A DNA stretch of 64,000 nt, from contig JBJCIZ010000028.1 of NCBI GenBank assembly GCA_051294375.1, forward strand, positions 267,108 through 331,107, read 5' to 3'. Numbering within the stretch: the first letter of the stretch is position 1; each line of letters starts with the position of its first letter. This document shows, in pieces, positions 15,049-29,346 of this stretch. Made by a program: the position numbers and the translations under genes. Below the pieces are notes generated by a model. The model did not search any database. It was given only the letters and a program-made list of their open reading frames with translations, and was not told the DNA's origin. This stretch comes from Paraspadella gotoi. Taxonomy: Eukaryota > Animalia > Chaetognatha.

Positions 15049-18000
15049 TATCCCCGCTGCTCTGCTGAAGAATTTGATAATACTCTTACTCTTCCCTTTC
15101 TCTCTCTTCTTTCTCTCTTCTCTCTTTTTGCTGCGTTAATCTTTGTTGGTCTTTTACCCCGCATAAATTTTTTGTCATGGTCTTTGCCTTCACTTTTCAT
15201 CGTCGTTTTCGCCTTCCGTTTTCGAGATATCGCAGCAGTCCAGAAGCCACACCCGCCATATCGTCCAGACTCTACACTCGGCGAGCACGCATTGTCGAAT
15301 CCGATCGCTCAGACCCTACTCCTAACTCCCTGGCCGCGCAGATCCTCGCAAGACGATGTCATCTGCCTATTAATCTGGACTCACGACCGAAGTCACCTAC
15401 AAACGCAATCACCCCCGCGGGACTCTCGAAATGAAGAACGCGACGAGCAATGTCATGCGATCCGAAACAATAACGCAGTCTGCTTGCTGATGTCAGACGT
15501 CGAACCACACCCATTGACCCGCAACTACAATCCCTCGGATCTGAACACACTCCAAGTGTTTGTCTTCGTCGTATTTGGCTCCGTCATTCATCTCGAGTTA
15601 GTTTCTGCATGACCAACCGCGACACGCATTTTCGTTTCATACGTCTTCTGTTGTTCGTTACTGTACATCTCGTGTGTCTGTCGTCTCTTCCTGCTCGTTC
15701 GACTCAGCTGCGCTCTGACGTACTCACGACATACATCCTTTTGGATCCATCTCTGTGTGTGTCTGTATTCTAGCACGCCTTTGCATCATCTGTTTTTGTT
15801 TGTCATCGTCATCATATACGATGCTCGATCCACTTTTATCGGTCGACGTGTCGGCGTGTTTTTGTTTTTTTATCCATTTCTTCGTTTTCGCGTCGTTTTC
15901 GTCTCTCCTTATTCTAATGGTTTTTGTCTTTTTCGTTCTTTTCGTACGTCATTGGTCGGATTTCAGAATTCAATTTTAGTGTAAAGTTTGGAAATAAAAA
16001 GGAAATTCGCCTAATACCATCTTTACCGTGAAAAAAACTCGCAAAAACTCTTAGCGAGAGAGGAATAGTGTCTCGCCTCCTTACGAATTTTAACACAAAA
16101 ATAGGCACGAGACCACGGTCTCCACGTAATCACTTAGTATATACCCATAGCCTATTAAACTCTTTTCCCACACTAGAGAAGCAAGAATTACCACTTACTT
16201 CTTTGAGTGTTACCATGACAGACATTTTGGTTATAGTACTGCACAGACTGGATCTCAGTCCTTTTACATCCCCCCTGATCACTCTGCGAGTGCGTAGGTC
16301 TCTTTTTCATGAAAAGAGTTCGACCGCGCCCCGACAGATTCCGCCTCAAACAATGTGACAACGAGACACTAGACTCCAAAAACTAAATATCCACAAAGCT
16401 ACGAATATGTGAGTCAGATGAGCGTTTTTGCGTAGGACTTTTAATTTTATTTTTTACGATCATAGTTTCAAGTTTTGTGAGAGAGGAAGAGAGAGAAGAC
16501 CAGCTAACCCCTACAAACTCGCGAGCCATCAGCCCGAGAGTCATAGACGTACTACTGCACTCGACGCTATTATTTGAATTTGAATTTGAAGTGTGTTCCC
16601 AATGGGCTTAGGCCAACAAAAGTCAAAAGCGCGTACACACACAACCTGTTTAACGCATTTTAGGCATCACTCCATGAAATTTACTACAATTTGAACCACG
16701 ACATATAATAGTCCACTGATATTTTCATTTTAATACTACGCATAGCCCATCCGCGTTCCGAAGTGAGAGAGAGTTGGATTCGTTGCTGTACAACTCGAAT
16801 TTTACTAAGGTAACTGACCTCTCGAAGATTCCTCTCCACATACCATCAAATAGCCTCTTAGTCCACGACTCATCGTACTTACAGTGTGGCCTACCGGCTA
16901 ACTCATCTAATCATCAAGCAGCCAGTAGGAGTATGCTAGGAAATCTAATCTAAAACACCATCGGTCTCACATAGTATCTCGAACCCCTCGACGAGGTCAA
17001 CACGACTATGAGGGAGCACCTGTGTACGAAACCCTATTACCACGGACTGACAGTTCTAATAACTCAGCACCACCGACTTAGATCTCCGCAGAGCTACACT
17101 ATCCGGCGAGACCAAAGTCTATTGATTGCCACAGAATACTGCACACATCATCTCACATTTCCTTTTCATCCAATATCCAAGCATCAGTAACGTGAAATGC
17201 TCCAAGTCAAGTTTTTATCAACTTATACACCCGTAAAAACTTTTAGATCTACACCACACTGGCAACATCATATTTTTCTACCAAAGTACATAGCTCTCTA
17301 CTCCTAAAGTTCAAAAAAGACATTAAAAACCTTCGCAGTTGTATTGAACGTAACTATGATTAAGACCAGTTAGCATTCTAATTGCGACTCCACTAAAGAT
17401 CAAACAATCCACGGCATCTACGCACCATTACTTCAAGTTTATCTGAGTATGATCGATAGGCGCGTGGGGCGTGCGTCATACTAGGCATCTCTACTCTCCA
17501 GAAACACAAAGACATGTGAAGTCGATCTGCAATATTGTGAAGCACACTCTCACAACCATCGAAGTGAAGCACCAACCTTGAAATGCAAGGGTTTGTATCG
17601 ATGAGGGAGCCAATTATGTGTATCCTACGGATCTTATGATACTTGGATTATATGAGGTCTGGCGCTATTTACATACTTGTTGATATATTCAGTTTTATGA
17701 TTGTATGTATATTGAATACTAATGCACTTGAGGAGTTCAAGGATATTTGGGTTAGGTCACCGACGAGTAAATTAGCAAATCAAATATAATTATCAACGAT
17801 CTTTGATATAGATCCTGATTCATATCAATTCTATGGTTGAGTATATCTACCATACACAGCTAAATCTAATCAAATCAATCTCTCGTCAAATTTGCTCATC
17901 CTCGAATGTAACGAGACGCATGCTGATCTTATATTATGCTAGAAACCTGAAGTTTAAGAAAGACGATATTTACATTTTATACCTCTTTAGATTAATTATT

Positions 18001-19980
18001 CTCGATGATGCTCTAAATTAGTCAATCTGTTAAGTGGTATATCCTGATAGCAGTCACAATATGCCCAGATGTTTCAGAAGGCCTTGCCCCCTTGTATATG
18101 GCTGAGACACCGGTAATTTACTTCGTATGCATGTTATTTAAGTACGCCCGACAGTTACCACAAATAATTATAAAGAATAGGTCCGCTATCACGGATAATA
18201 CAAAACATACTTGCTAAGAATCTATATCCATTGAACTTTATTTCCGGCTCATCCCACACTTTCCTAGCCCACATACAAAATCGCCCCCATGACTTCAGAG
18301 TAATCGCCATTTTCAAATAGTGGGAAATTATATTTTACAATGAACTATCCACCGCGTCCAGCAAAACACCACCAACACCACAGACTACAAGTGACAAGTA
18401 AATGGTTCACCTCTGGCTTTAAACATCTGCGGAGAGTCTGTCCATTAATCGGACAATGTTTTCAGGGGCAGATCGCCTTTTCGATATCCTGATTGAAGAG
18501 AATTTCTTGACCTGCAGCTTTTAACATCGTAATTAGTCCCGGAAGAATAACCTTTCAAGAAGTTTTTCCGAGAACAGAACCAAAAGGCTAATGGGTCGAT
18601 AATTTCGGAGTTTGTAGCGGTCTTTACCACTTTTAGGAATCCATACGAATCAGGGCCAGTTTCCCCCCACACATCGGGAAAGTACCCAAAAACGACAACA
18701 ACTTTCATATATATGTTGCAGAGTCCACAAGCTTCTATCGGCAAATTACGAAGCAGAGAGTGGTTTTACATATATCTACCCCAGCTGCAATCTTATCTTA
18801 AGTGTTTTGATTATATTCAATTAGGTTTCCATATCTGAGAGCATCTTTAATAAAAAGAATTCAAATCAGGGTCATATTATCTTTTTGATTGTGGCTGGGT
18901 GACATGATGTGCATAATCCCTCGGCGACAAAATTTTTTTTTTTTTTTTATATTTGCCCATGTCTTCTTTTCTGGTGGAACCGGTGAGGTTGCCCTAACAT
19001 ACCTTCTAATTTTTCTGCAAAAACTTCGAGGTAAGCATTGTCCTCTGCTACTGATCATCGGCACGAAGTAGCATGCATCTGGTGAGAACTTGAGAGAATA
19101 ATTGGTTATATTATTGATCATTTCCATTTTTTCGCAGCGTCTTTTTCAGAAAGTATTCTTTTTACTTTCATATTTGTTAGTGTTCCGCTAAACATCGTTT
19201 GTTTGCATATTTTAACTTTCGGCAGATGTAATTATATTTTTCCTTTTTTGATGTAGGTGGAGCTGAAAAACCATTTTTTCTGTAATTGCAAATTTTTCGA
19301 GACATTCTTCATTTTCCTTTTGACAAAGGGTTTTTGCGACTTTATGTCTATTTTTATGCCATTTTTGGTGAAGGTGGGTTTTTGTACAGTACATTTGTAT
19401 AAGAATTAATGACATAAGGTTTGAATAAGGTTTCGATCTTTTTATCTAATTCATTGGTATTAGAAACACATCGTTTTATACAGTAATTTCATTTTAATGT
19501 TTTCGCGAATTTATTCCAATCTGTAGTTTTAGAGTAGCTTGGTGTGTTTATAATATTTAAAGGTAAAAAGTCGTAGAATGGGCAAATGATTGATCTACGT
19601 CATCTAGGACCGTACTGGATTCAATCTTTGTGACAGACTGGACCCGTCGTAAGACGATATCCAAGACATTTGCTTCACCATTTGACTTACTAATGTATTG
19701 TAGAAATGTAGAGAGAGAGAGGAGAGGTTTCTCGTTTGACAAGAAAAAGAATTCGGATAAAAGGAGATGAGGGGAGGGGAGAGGAGGAGGAATGAAGCAG
19801 GAGGTCAGGACGTAGAGAGACAGACAGATGCACATATATACATACAGACAAATAGCGTAATAGATATAGAAAAATAATTTTAAATACAGTTTGTGGAGAG
19901 AGTTTAGATTGTTATGTGCTTGATTACTAAAAATAAGAGATACAGGTTGACACTTAACTGTGTACTAAAGCAAGTTTCAA

Positions 19981-20014
19981 GAGATAGATAGACAGATAAA
20001 CAGATAGATAGATG

Positions 20015-20085
<71 letters not shown>

Positions 20086-20098
20086 ATAGATAGATACA
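19981..20098. repeat. (GATA)n microsatellite (also 34440-34550; shorter at 9957-9985)
   Basis: Direct observation. Confidence 0.95.
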
Positions 20099-20552
20099 GA
20101 AACAGAAGACACAAACTGTTACCACAGTACAATCAGTTCTAAGAATCACTCAAATTTTAATGAACCTAGCAGCACGCAGCTTAAATTTATAAAAAAAAAT
20201 CTCGTTTTTTAAAAATAATAAAAACTTTCTCAGTCAACTCACTCATGCGAAAAACCTCACCTTTTCCGCGTTCAAGGACGATCGACGGGTAAGCGTCTCT
20301 CTCTCTCTCAGCCTTACCTTTAGTAAGTCTACTTTTCTGGAAATCGTCGTCGTCGTCGTCGTCGTCGTGTGCGGTCTCGTTATAAAAGAAGCGACGCGTC
20401 TGGGAATTCGAACCCTCAAACTTCAGGATTAAAAGTATGGAAGTTTTTTCGTTTCATCGTCGTCGTTTTCGTCGTCGTCGTCGTCGTCGTCTCGACGAAG
20501 CGTTTGGAATCAGCACCGATCAAAAGGTGATTGGATATGGTGAGAGAGAGAA

Positions 20553-20615
<63 letters not shown>

Positions 20616-21295
20616 AAGAGTTTTTAGTTTTAAGAACCTTCAAACTCGAATGAAAGATCTATTTCCGGTAAAAAAACGACAATAACACATATTAGGTCAT
20701 GTCACGCATCATGGTTGTGTGACTGAGGTAACCTAAACCTAATTAGAAATTAGATCTATAAAACTGATTTGCATATTGCAGTACAATGTCGTTTAATCTG
20801 TAATTTGTTTTTTTATTTTCAAAAACCCTTGGAAATAAGTTTGTCGAATAGAGTTAAACTGAGAATCCCCGTCCACTATCCAGAACAAAAATTCAGAGGG
20901 ACTTTTCACGTCGCCAGAATTCGGTGACCGTTACACAAATTGGTCCAACGACTTAAGATCCGAAATGGCATAATTTAATGACGTCCAAAGAATAGTCAGT
21001 AAATTATGTCAGTATGTCTCTTACGTCATTTTATATCTTTATATCATTTGGGTCATTATAGCCATTACATGATTATGACTTTTATGTCAATTTATGTCAT
21101 TGTGTCATTTTCGGTCATTACATCAATATCTCTTTTACGTAATTTTACGTCATTATGTCATTTTGGGTCATTATAGTCAATACGTCATTAGGTATTTTAC
21201 GTCATTTTATGTCATTTTGGGTCATTTTAGTCATTACGTAATTATGTCTTTTACGTCCGTCCATTAATCCGACTGTCCGTCCACCGTCTTCAGAT

Positions 21296-23343
21296 CATAA
21301 CGATTGCTAATTTTTTTTTTTTTTATCTTAAATGTTTCCATCCACGCGACAGAAAGAAACTTATTACTCGACGACCTCAAAGACTTTGAAAAGAGAGAAG
21401 TGGCTTCGCCCAGGAAAAGTAAGTTGCATTTATTTTGCGTCTGAAATTCAAGTCTTTTCGGTAAGCATATTTACGTCGCAGTGACTGCCTTATTATGTGT
21501 ATTTCTTGTGACATGACATAACATGACAGGACGCGATATGACATGACTACATGACTAAAATAACTTTCTTATTTGTATATTTATGACACGCACTGCGTCG
21601 GAATTCCGTCTTTTTATTCTTTTTAGTTTTTTTTGAAATTCTGAAGGCGGCGCAGCAGTCCTTTAGATTTGAGGTTTTTTTGTTTTAACAAATGAGCAAC
21701 AGACCGACGGACAGACATATCGACGGACCGATCGAAAAGTGACTTATAGAGTTGCTCCGCGAGTACTCGCGACGAAACTAAAAACTAGGTTAAGTTTTGG
21801 CCTTAGGGATTGAAATAGAGGTTAGGGTTATAAATTAGGTAAGGGACTTAATTTAGGATTAGGATAGCGATTTAGGATAGTGATTTAGAGTTAGGGATCA
21901 AGTAAGTATAGAGGGATAAACTAAGTTTCGGGATGAAGGAAAGGGATATGAGTTGTTTTCGGGAAATAGTGTCAGCTAAAAATACATAAGTATAATAGGA
22001 AATTCTATTAAAAAATATTAGGTTACGTCGGATAATGAAGTTTATTCTTATATTTTTTTCGAATATAGTATAATTCTTGGTTGAAAAAGTCAGCCATACT
22101 AAAACGTACGATAATAAAACGTAAAAAAAATATTATCGATTAAAACGATTCCATTTCAATCCAACTATAAAAAAAAATATTTTGTTAACTTCTCTCCCAA
22201 CTTAGTCTGCGACATTCAGCTGAAGAATCGAATTTATCCTGGAAACGACGTAGGTCACATGACCACTCTTAAGGTTTGGTGGAAATCTCCCAAAAGTCAG
22301 TGGAATCGAATTCGAAGAGAAAATGTGGAGGAATGTCGGAGACTTTGTGAAGACAATCCGGAATGCAATGGTCAGTGTGAAAATGTGAAATTTGTGAACG
22401 GGAATCGTGATTGCGTGAAATGGTGACTTCGTGAGTTGTGACTGTCGATGATTCATTCATTCGTTCATTCTTCATTCATTTCGTACATTCTTCATTCATT
22501 TCGTTTATTCTTCATTCATTTCGTTCATTCTTCATTCATTTCATTCATTCTTCATTCATTTCGTTCATTCTTCATTTGTTCTTAATTTAACTTTCACAAA
22601 CATTAAAAAAAACAAAAGACTCTTAGTTCCCGATTCCGCCGCTTCGTCCTCTTCAGGCGCCACCGTCGACTACGACGTCAAATGTTGGCTCAAGAGTAAA
22701 TTTTCTGGGTACAACAAACAAAAGGCGTCGACTTCGCTCCAGTGCCGACCAGAGTCCCCGGTAGCACCGCTCGGTTTTAAGTGGAGAGAGAAGTTTTTAA
22801 CAGGATTTCTGGTGAAATAAGAATTTGAGTTAATTGTTTTCGTCACGACTTTATTACTTAAATTTTTTTTTTCGATCAACCGTTGACCTAATTTATTATA
22901 ATAATCGTTGTTCAGATTTAAAACGAAAATTTTTTTGTTTGTTTTATTTACAATAAAACAGACATGTTTTGACTCTTTTTTTCGAGTCCTTATCAGCGCA
23001 ATGACTCTAAAAAAATGTCCGTTTTTGTTGTAAATAAAAAACATCGTTGTCGAAACGAAAAAACTAATTTTAGTTCTAAATTATCATTATTAATTATTAA
23101 TTATTACGTTCATAAACATAAAATCAGGCGAGGATTGTTGGAAACCCTGCGACGCCGGCGGACTCTGCCCGCCGTCCGCCTCCACATCCGCCGCCGCCGA
23201 TAACGAAGGCGGAAACGCCGGGAAACGAGACGCCGCCGCCGGAAAGGCCGATGCCGTCGCCGGAAGAGAGAATTTGGCTCTCGGCAAAAACACCTGCTCG
23301 TCGTCGCTGGGGTGGAAAAGATCCTCATCGCAGTATTTGACGG
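21296..23343 (+). pseudogene. Truncated duplicate of the first four exons of the lectin gene
   Basis: Near-identical to 35778-37819 (PAN1 exons, GEDCWKPC, ENLALGK). Similarity stops at ~23543. Probably an assembly or haplotype duplicate. Confidence 0.6.
22450..22576. repeat. 21-bp TTCTTCATTCATTTCGTTCA minisatellite (also 36932-37058)
   Basis: Direct observation. Confidence 0.9.
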
Positions 23344-23819
23344 GTAATATTTAATATTTATTAATTTATTATTATTTATTAGATTATTAATTTTTAGAAA
23401 AAAAAATTTCATTAGATTAAATGTTTAAATTTGTAATAGGTAAAATGATTAAATAATTAATTTATTTATTTATTAATAAATTAATTTTAAAAAATTGACT
23501 GGTCCGATTAATTGTTTGATTATTAATTTTTGCGAATCATTTAAAAGAAGAGAGATAAGAATTGTCTACGAATGGTAAGTGACATGGATTGGAAAAAACA
23601 TAATTCAAATCTGTTCTTTAATAAGGTGGATAAGGAAAGTAAAGGGAAAGGAAAAAAAAAAAAGGGAAGATAGAGACAAGAGAGCGATGAGCGCTGGAGA
23701 GTGAAGGAGATTCCCTAACTTCTGCGCCAATAAAAAAGACCCAAAGATGAAGATGTCAACAAATAAAAAAAATGTGCAATTTGGCCACAAGTAGTCATCC
23801 TTCATAATCGCTTTTCACA

Positions 23820-24030
23820 CCCGGGGCGGTACTGGGGCGGCCCCGCGGGGTGGCTCCGCGGGGCAGGCCCCGAGGGCCAGGCCCAATCTTACCGCCTAGG
23901 GGCGGCCCCTGTAGCTCTTTTTTGGAGCCCCAAGGGGCCACTCAGGGGGAATCCCAGGGGCTAGAAAAACCTTTGCCCCCTGGGGCTACCGCCCAGGGGG
24001 ATGGATTTCCTGCCCCGGGAAACGGCTCTC
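23820..24030. repeat. GC-rich GGGGC/GCCCC element, imperfect inverted partner of 26295-26545
   Basis: GGGGCGGTACTGGGGCGGCCCC versus the reverse complement of GGGCCGCCCCTAGAGCCGCCCC; MITE/hAT-end-like. Confidence 0.45.
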
Positions 24031-24184
24031 TCTCCTTCCTATTCTCTCTCTTCCCCTCTACTCTCATCTCTCTCTCATCCCTCTCTCTCCTTTTTCTCTC
24101 GTCTAATTTTCTATTTTCAATCTTTCATTACAATAAAATATAAAAATGAAATAATATTTTTTCAACTTCAAAATAATGCAATCA

Positions 24185-25430
24185 ATGACCAAATAGCTGC
24201 ACCATACCAATCTTGCATAATTTTGGTCAGCCTTGCAGTAATTTAGTCAATTGACCATAAATTGTCAATGACATAGGAATTGGTCAACTGATATAATTTA
24301 ATCAAACTTTTAAAATTTGGTAAACTTTTATAAAATTTTGGTAAACTTTCATAATTTTGGTATTTTTTTTAATAATTTAGTTAACTGCTTAATTTGGTTA
24401 ACGGCTTCATAAATTGGCTAAACCTTTTTTATAATTTGGAAAACTTTAATAATTATTGGTAAACTTTCATAAATTGGTAAAACTTTCATAATTTGGTAAA
24501 CCTTTCATAATTTAATCAATTGCATATATTAAATCAACTCGCATAATTTGGTGCCAACTTGCATAATTTGGTCAAATTTCATAGATTTATCAATTGGCAT
24601 AGGATTGGTCAACTGGATAAATTGGGTTAATTTGCTTAATTTATTCAACAGTCAAATTTGTCAACATTAGATAATTTGGGTGGCCTTGGATAATTTGGTC
24701 AAATTAATTAATTTGGTCAAAACAATCAACTTAACAATTATGCTAATTAATAATTTTAATCCAATAGAAATAAAAAAAGTAACTTTTGTATTCAATTAAA
24801 ATCTACTTTCATTTTTCTACCCACCAAACAAAATTTATCTCTTAAAAATTTTATAGAATAAGAGTAGGATGGTTAATTTTTTAATTCACTTAATAAAATA
24901 ATAATTAAAAATATTTAATTGATTAATTAATTAATATCAGTTTTTAAAGTCCATCCCATATTAGTATTAAACTCCTAATTATTCGTGATTAAATATAAGA
25001 TGGATTGGCATAAATTGGTCAACTGGATATAAATTGGTTAATTTGCTTAATTTATTCAACAGTCATAATTGGTTCAACTTAGATAATTTGGACAAACTTG
25101 GATAATTGGTCAAATTAATTAATTTGGTCAACAATCAACTTAACAATTAGCTAATTAAATAATTTTTATCCAATAGAAATAAAAAAAGTAACTTTTGTTT
25201 TTCGCATTAAAACTTACTTTCATTTTTCTACCCACAAAAAAAATTTTAAATCTTAAAAATTTTATAAGAAAAAGGTAGGATGGTTTAATTTTTTTTAAAT
25301 TCACTTATAGAAAATAATTAATTAAATATTTAATTGAATTAAATTATTAATATCAGTTTTAAGTCCAATCCGCATATTAGTATTAAACTCTAATTATTCG
25401 TGATTAAAATAGAATGGATAGGCATAAAAT
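24185..25430. repeat. AT-rich minisatellite (~21-bp CATAATTTGGTCAACTT unit) with an ~415-bp internal tandem duplication
   Basis: Repeated cataatttggt(c/a)aact; 24590-25000 recurs at ~25005-25425. Confidence 0.8.
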
Positions 25431-26294
25431 TTTGTGTGTTGGGTAGAAAAGTATGTGATTGAGCTAAGATATAAATTTTGGTCACTCTCTCTCGTCAATC
25501 GTGCAGCCTCTACTTAACAACGTGAGTTCATCTTAAGCAAAATCTAACAAACTAACAATTATTAATTACAAATCTTAAATAAAATAAAATTTATTTTACG
25601 ATGTAGAACTCGTTTAATGTTTGATGAATAGTTTTTAATTGTTTTTTTGGGGGGACTCCATAATTTCACTAAGTAGGTCTGGTCAGTCACTTGCCATTAT
25701 TTGTTTGGTGATTTATTTAATTTTTTTTTTAAAATATCAAATTATGAATATTTTTTTTAAAAAATTATGTCTCTCTATCAGTCTAATCAGTAGTCATCAA
25801 AAAGAAAAAAAAATTAAAAAAAAAAGATAAAAAAGACAAAAAAAAGAAGACAAGATGACTGATTAGCTTTTTAAACCAACTAAATTTGTATGGCTACGTC
25901 CTACATTGTTTGTTAAAACTTATTATCTATATCCTTTAACTGAAAATAAAAATAATTGGGTTAAAAAATACAAAATATTATAATTTTTTAGATAAAATAT
26001 GGAATAAATGAGTTAACAAATAATTTGAAAAATATGTATATTATTTAATTCCAGTTACATACAACAAGTCTTGAAGAGAGAGAGAGAAAAAAGATCTATA
26101 GAGAGAGAAAAAAAGAGAGAGAGAAGAAAAAAGAAAAGTGAATGAGAAAAAGAGAGAGAGAGAAAAAGAGAAGAGAGAAAAGAAAAGGGAGAGAGAAAGA
26201 GAGAAGAGTAACAGACAGGATAAAATATTCTCAGATAATAATAACATAGTCAGAAGTATATTTCTCATCTAAACGTTTGCTCTCTCTTTAACTC

Positions 26295-26545
26295 GCCCTG
26301 GGGGAGCCAGTTTTTTTGCTCCCCAAGGGGTTACCCCCAGGGGCAAGACCCTTTTTTTGGCCCCAGGGCGGCTAAGCAAATTAGGGGCGCCCCTAATAGA
26401 CCCGAAATATTGGCCCCGAGGGGGAAACCCCCCTGGGGCGGCCCCCTGAAGGCAATTCCAGAGGGGGCGCCCCTCAAATGACTTTTGCTGCTCCCCTGGA
26501 AATAGTCCTGCCCCTGGGCCGCCCCTAGAGCCGCCCCGCGGGCGG
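26295..26545. repeat. GC-rich GGGGC/GCCCC MITE-like element
   Basis: GC island of CCCC/GGGG runs ending CTAGAGCCGCCCC; no convincing ORF. Confidence 0.45.
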
Positions 26546-26639
26546 AGAGGATTTGGAGATGACATAATCTCTTTTTTGCCCAAATCCGTAGATCTTTCAA
26601 GTGTACCCCATCTTCTAAAAATGAAAACTCAGTCCAAAC

Positions 26640-26857
26640 CGCTGTCATCTTCGAATCTGGGCATCTTTTGATTTCCGAAAGCCATCCCGTTCAAATCCTC
26701 ATTCCCAGAATTGTTTTAAAGAGCGCACATCGGGTCACGGTTGGAATTGCAAGAAAACTGCAATGCGGATCCAACTGGTAGCGAATTGATCGCCGTTGCA
26801 AACGAAGGATGCAAAGTCAAGTCGGTCAGAATAACGAGGAAGAGAAAAAAACTTCAA
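26640..26857 (-). CDS. Variable cassette V8: signal peptide + half Ig-like domain
   Basis: (M)KFFLFLVILTDLTLHPSFATAINSLPVGSALQFSCNSNRDPM....GNEDLNGMAFGNQKMPRFEDDS, then GTTTGG. Start reads TTG; indels. Confidence 0.7.
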
Positions 26858-27148
26858 TTTTGACGATTTTTTAAAATTTGTTATTTTGTAAGATCCTTTA
26901 TTGGCATAATGGCTTTAACAGGACGAAACCCAAAAGGACTGAAAAGACTACTGAGGAACCTCGAGTAAAAAGAAGAGAATCACGCATTTTGAAAACAAAG
27001 ACAATCGCTTGAAATGACCCTATTCATATTGAAGAATAATTAAAATCTGAAAACACTTCGCATAACGTCAACCTTTTTCACGAGATATATTTTTCGGTTA
27101 AAAGGTTTTTCTCGTTCAAATTTTTGCCAAAATTTCTGAATCGGCCCC

Positions 27149-27231
<83 letters not shown>

Positions 27232-27332
27232 AAAATTTTTGCGCCAAATAAGGAAATGAAAACATGAACAATGAACAAATAGTAAAAATCAGAAAAAAAA
27301 AATTCCATTATGAAAAGGAAACGAACTCTAAC

Positions 27333-27555
27333 CTGGTGAACCTTGATCCTGGGCATTTTTTGACTCCCGATCGCCAATTCCCATTCAAATCCTCTGGTCC
27401 CGATTTTTAAAGGGAGCCACATCGGAGTCACGTTATTCGAAGGGCGCAAGAAAAAACTGCAACGCCGATCCAAATGGTCGCGATAACGGTCTCCGTTGCA
27501 ACGAAAAATAGAATCAAGCCGATCAAAAATAACAGCAAACGAAAAAAATATTCTT
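27333..27555 (-). CDS. Variable cassette V7: signal peptide + half Ig-like domain
   Basis: FFRLLLFLIGLILFFVATETVIA leader (ATG reads AAG: error or mutation), GSALQF..., SNNVTPMWL..., LAIGSQKMPR; CAG|GTTAGA donor. Confidence 0.65.
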
Positions 27556-28030
27556 TTGAATTATTCTTTTTTAAATGTTTTTGAAGAACCGTAAACTATG
27601 GAAGTTTGGAGAAACTGACAACTGAAGGACTACTGAGGACTGCCTCGTGTCGAAAAAAAAATAATGGAGGACTGTTGAAAACAAAAGTCAATCGTCGCAG
27701 TTTATTTTGGGTGGCTATTTTGTAAAAATACTGCAACGAGAAAATGCTAGCAACGGCAAAGACTTAAAAATTCAAAAACGTCAATCCCATTTTTAGAATA
27801 ATTTTTTTAAGGTAAAAAAATTGAAATAATAGGCAACATAAACGGACAAATTTCGCGAAGGAATGTTTAACTAAGAAAATGTTAGGAATTTCAAACTAGC
27901 AACGTTGCCTTAATAATTTTATATTAAATTTTAATTATTAGTGAAGCGTTTTTTTTTGATTGCACTGTAGTTGAAAGATTTTGGCCGAAAAATAAGATCG
28001 GAGCGTACGAAGGGAAGAGGGAGAGAGAAA

Positions 28031-28073
<43 letters not shown>

Positions 28074-28087
28074 AGAGAGAGAGAAGA

Positions 28088-28138
<51 letters not shown>

Positions 28139-28153
28139 ACAAAGAGAGAGAGA

Positions 28154-28193
<40 letters not shown>

Positions 28194-28460
28194 AGAGAGA
28201 GAGAGAAAGAGACAAAAGAGAAAGAGAGAGAAAAGAGAAATAAAAAAACACTCCATAAAATAATTCGGGAGCGTACGAAATAAGAGGGAGAGGGAGAGAG
28301 AAAAGAGAAGGGGGGGAGAAGAGAGAGAGAGAAGAGAGAGAGAGAGAGAAGAGAGAGAGAAGAGAGAGAGAGAGATTTTAAATTCGATCCAAAATAGAAA
28401 AATAAAAGACTCCATAAAAAGATAATCTTCAGAAAATTTTCCAGCAAAAAATGTCTAAAC

Positions 28461-28684
28461 CTGTCGTCTGTAAATCTCGGCATTTTTTTATTCCCAACAG
28501 CCAATCCATTCGTTGCTTCTTCGCCGAATTTTTTAAAGAACCAAATCGCCGGACAATTTAGGTGTAGACAAAGAAAAACTGCCAAGGCGGACCCAGGTGG
28601 TCGAGATACGATCCCCGTCGCAACGAAAGAATCAAAGTTATCAATCGATCAGAATTAACAACCGCGAACAAAAATAATATTCAT
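28461..28684 (-). CDS. Variable cassette V6: signal peptide + half Ig-like domain
   Basis: MNIIF... leader, VATGIVSRPPGSAL..., PAIWFFKKFGEEATNGLAVGNKKMPRFTDDR; GACAG|GTTTAG donor. Confidence 0.7.
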
Positions 28685-29016
28685 TTTTTTTTAAATTATT
28701 GATTGTTGTTTAAGATCACGATGGAAGTTTGGAAACCTGAACAACGACGAATAGATAGACTTAACTGAAAGGACTATGTAGGACACAAACCCTCGAGAAA
28801 AAAAAAATGAAGCACAGATTTTAAAAACAAAAAGGCAATCGTTGGGAAATCAAACCTGATAAATGCCTGCTGTGCAAAAAAGTTTTAAAAATATTAAAAC
28901 ATTCAAAATTATTTTATTTCGTCAAAAGTAATTTAATTTTTTATAAAGTTACTTAATTTCTTTCGTTTACCACGTCCGAGATTTTTCCGCAAAAAATAAA
29001 ATTCAGATATCAAAGT

Positions 29017-29088
<72 letters not shown>

Positions 29089-29163
29089 AGAGAAGAGAAA
29101 ACCAAAATTTTTTTGGGCCATTTAGACGACCAAAATAGTTCAGATATTCAAGAGCGTACGAAA

Positions 29164-29221
<58 letters not shown>

Positions 29222-29346
29222 AAACCAATTTTTCCCTCCCAATTTAGACGACCAAAAGATTAAATTAAAAACTCGAAAGCTCCTTATATAAACTCCAAGA
29301 ACCTCATTAATTTTCCCCGCCAATCAAGTCAAAGTCTTAGACTAAC

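Larger units (their letters stand above)
361..19770. repeat. Tandem duplication, period 10,040 bp (361-~9730 = 10401-~19770)
   Basis: Every ORF recurs identically at +10040; each copy starts right after a 25-N spacer (336-360, 10376-10400). Confidence 0.95.
19705..23543. repeat. Segmental duplicate of ~34160-38013
   Basis: Collinear near-identical sequence at an offset of ~14.5 kb, differing mostly by small indels. Confidence 0.9.

Noticed and set aside
24185-24760. Regular short repeats resembling a CRISPR array
   Set aside because: No unique spacers, degenerate units and eukaryotic context: a minisatellite.
27924-28415. Long SLSLSL/RERERE ORFs (also 20416, 38802, 50306, 55045 and others)
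   Set aside because: Translations of (GA)n/(CT)n microsatellites.
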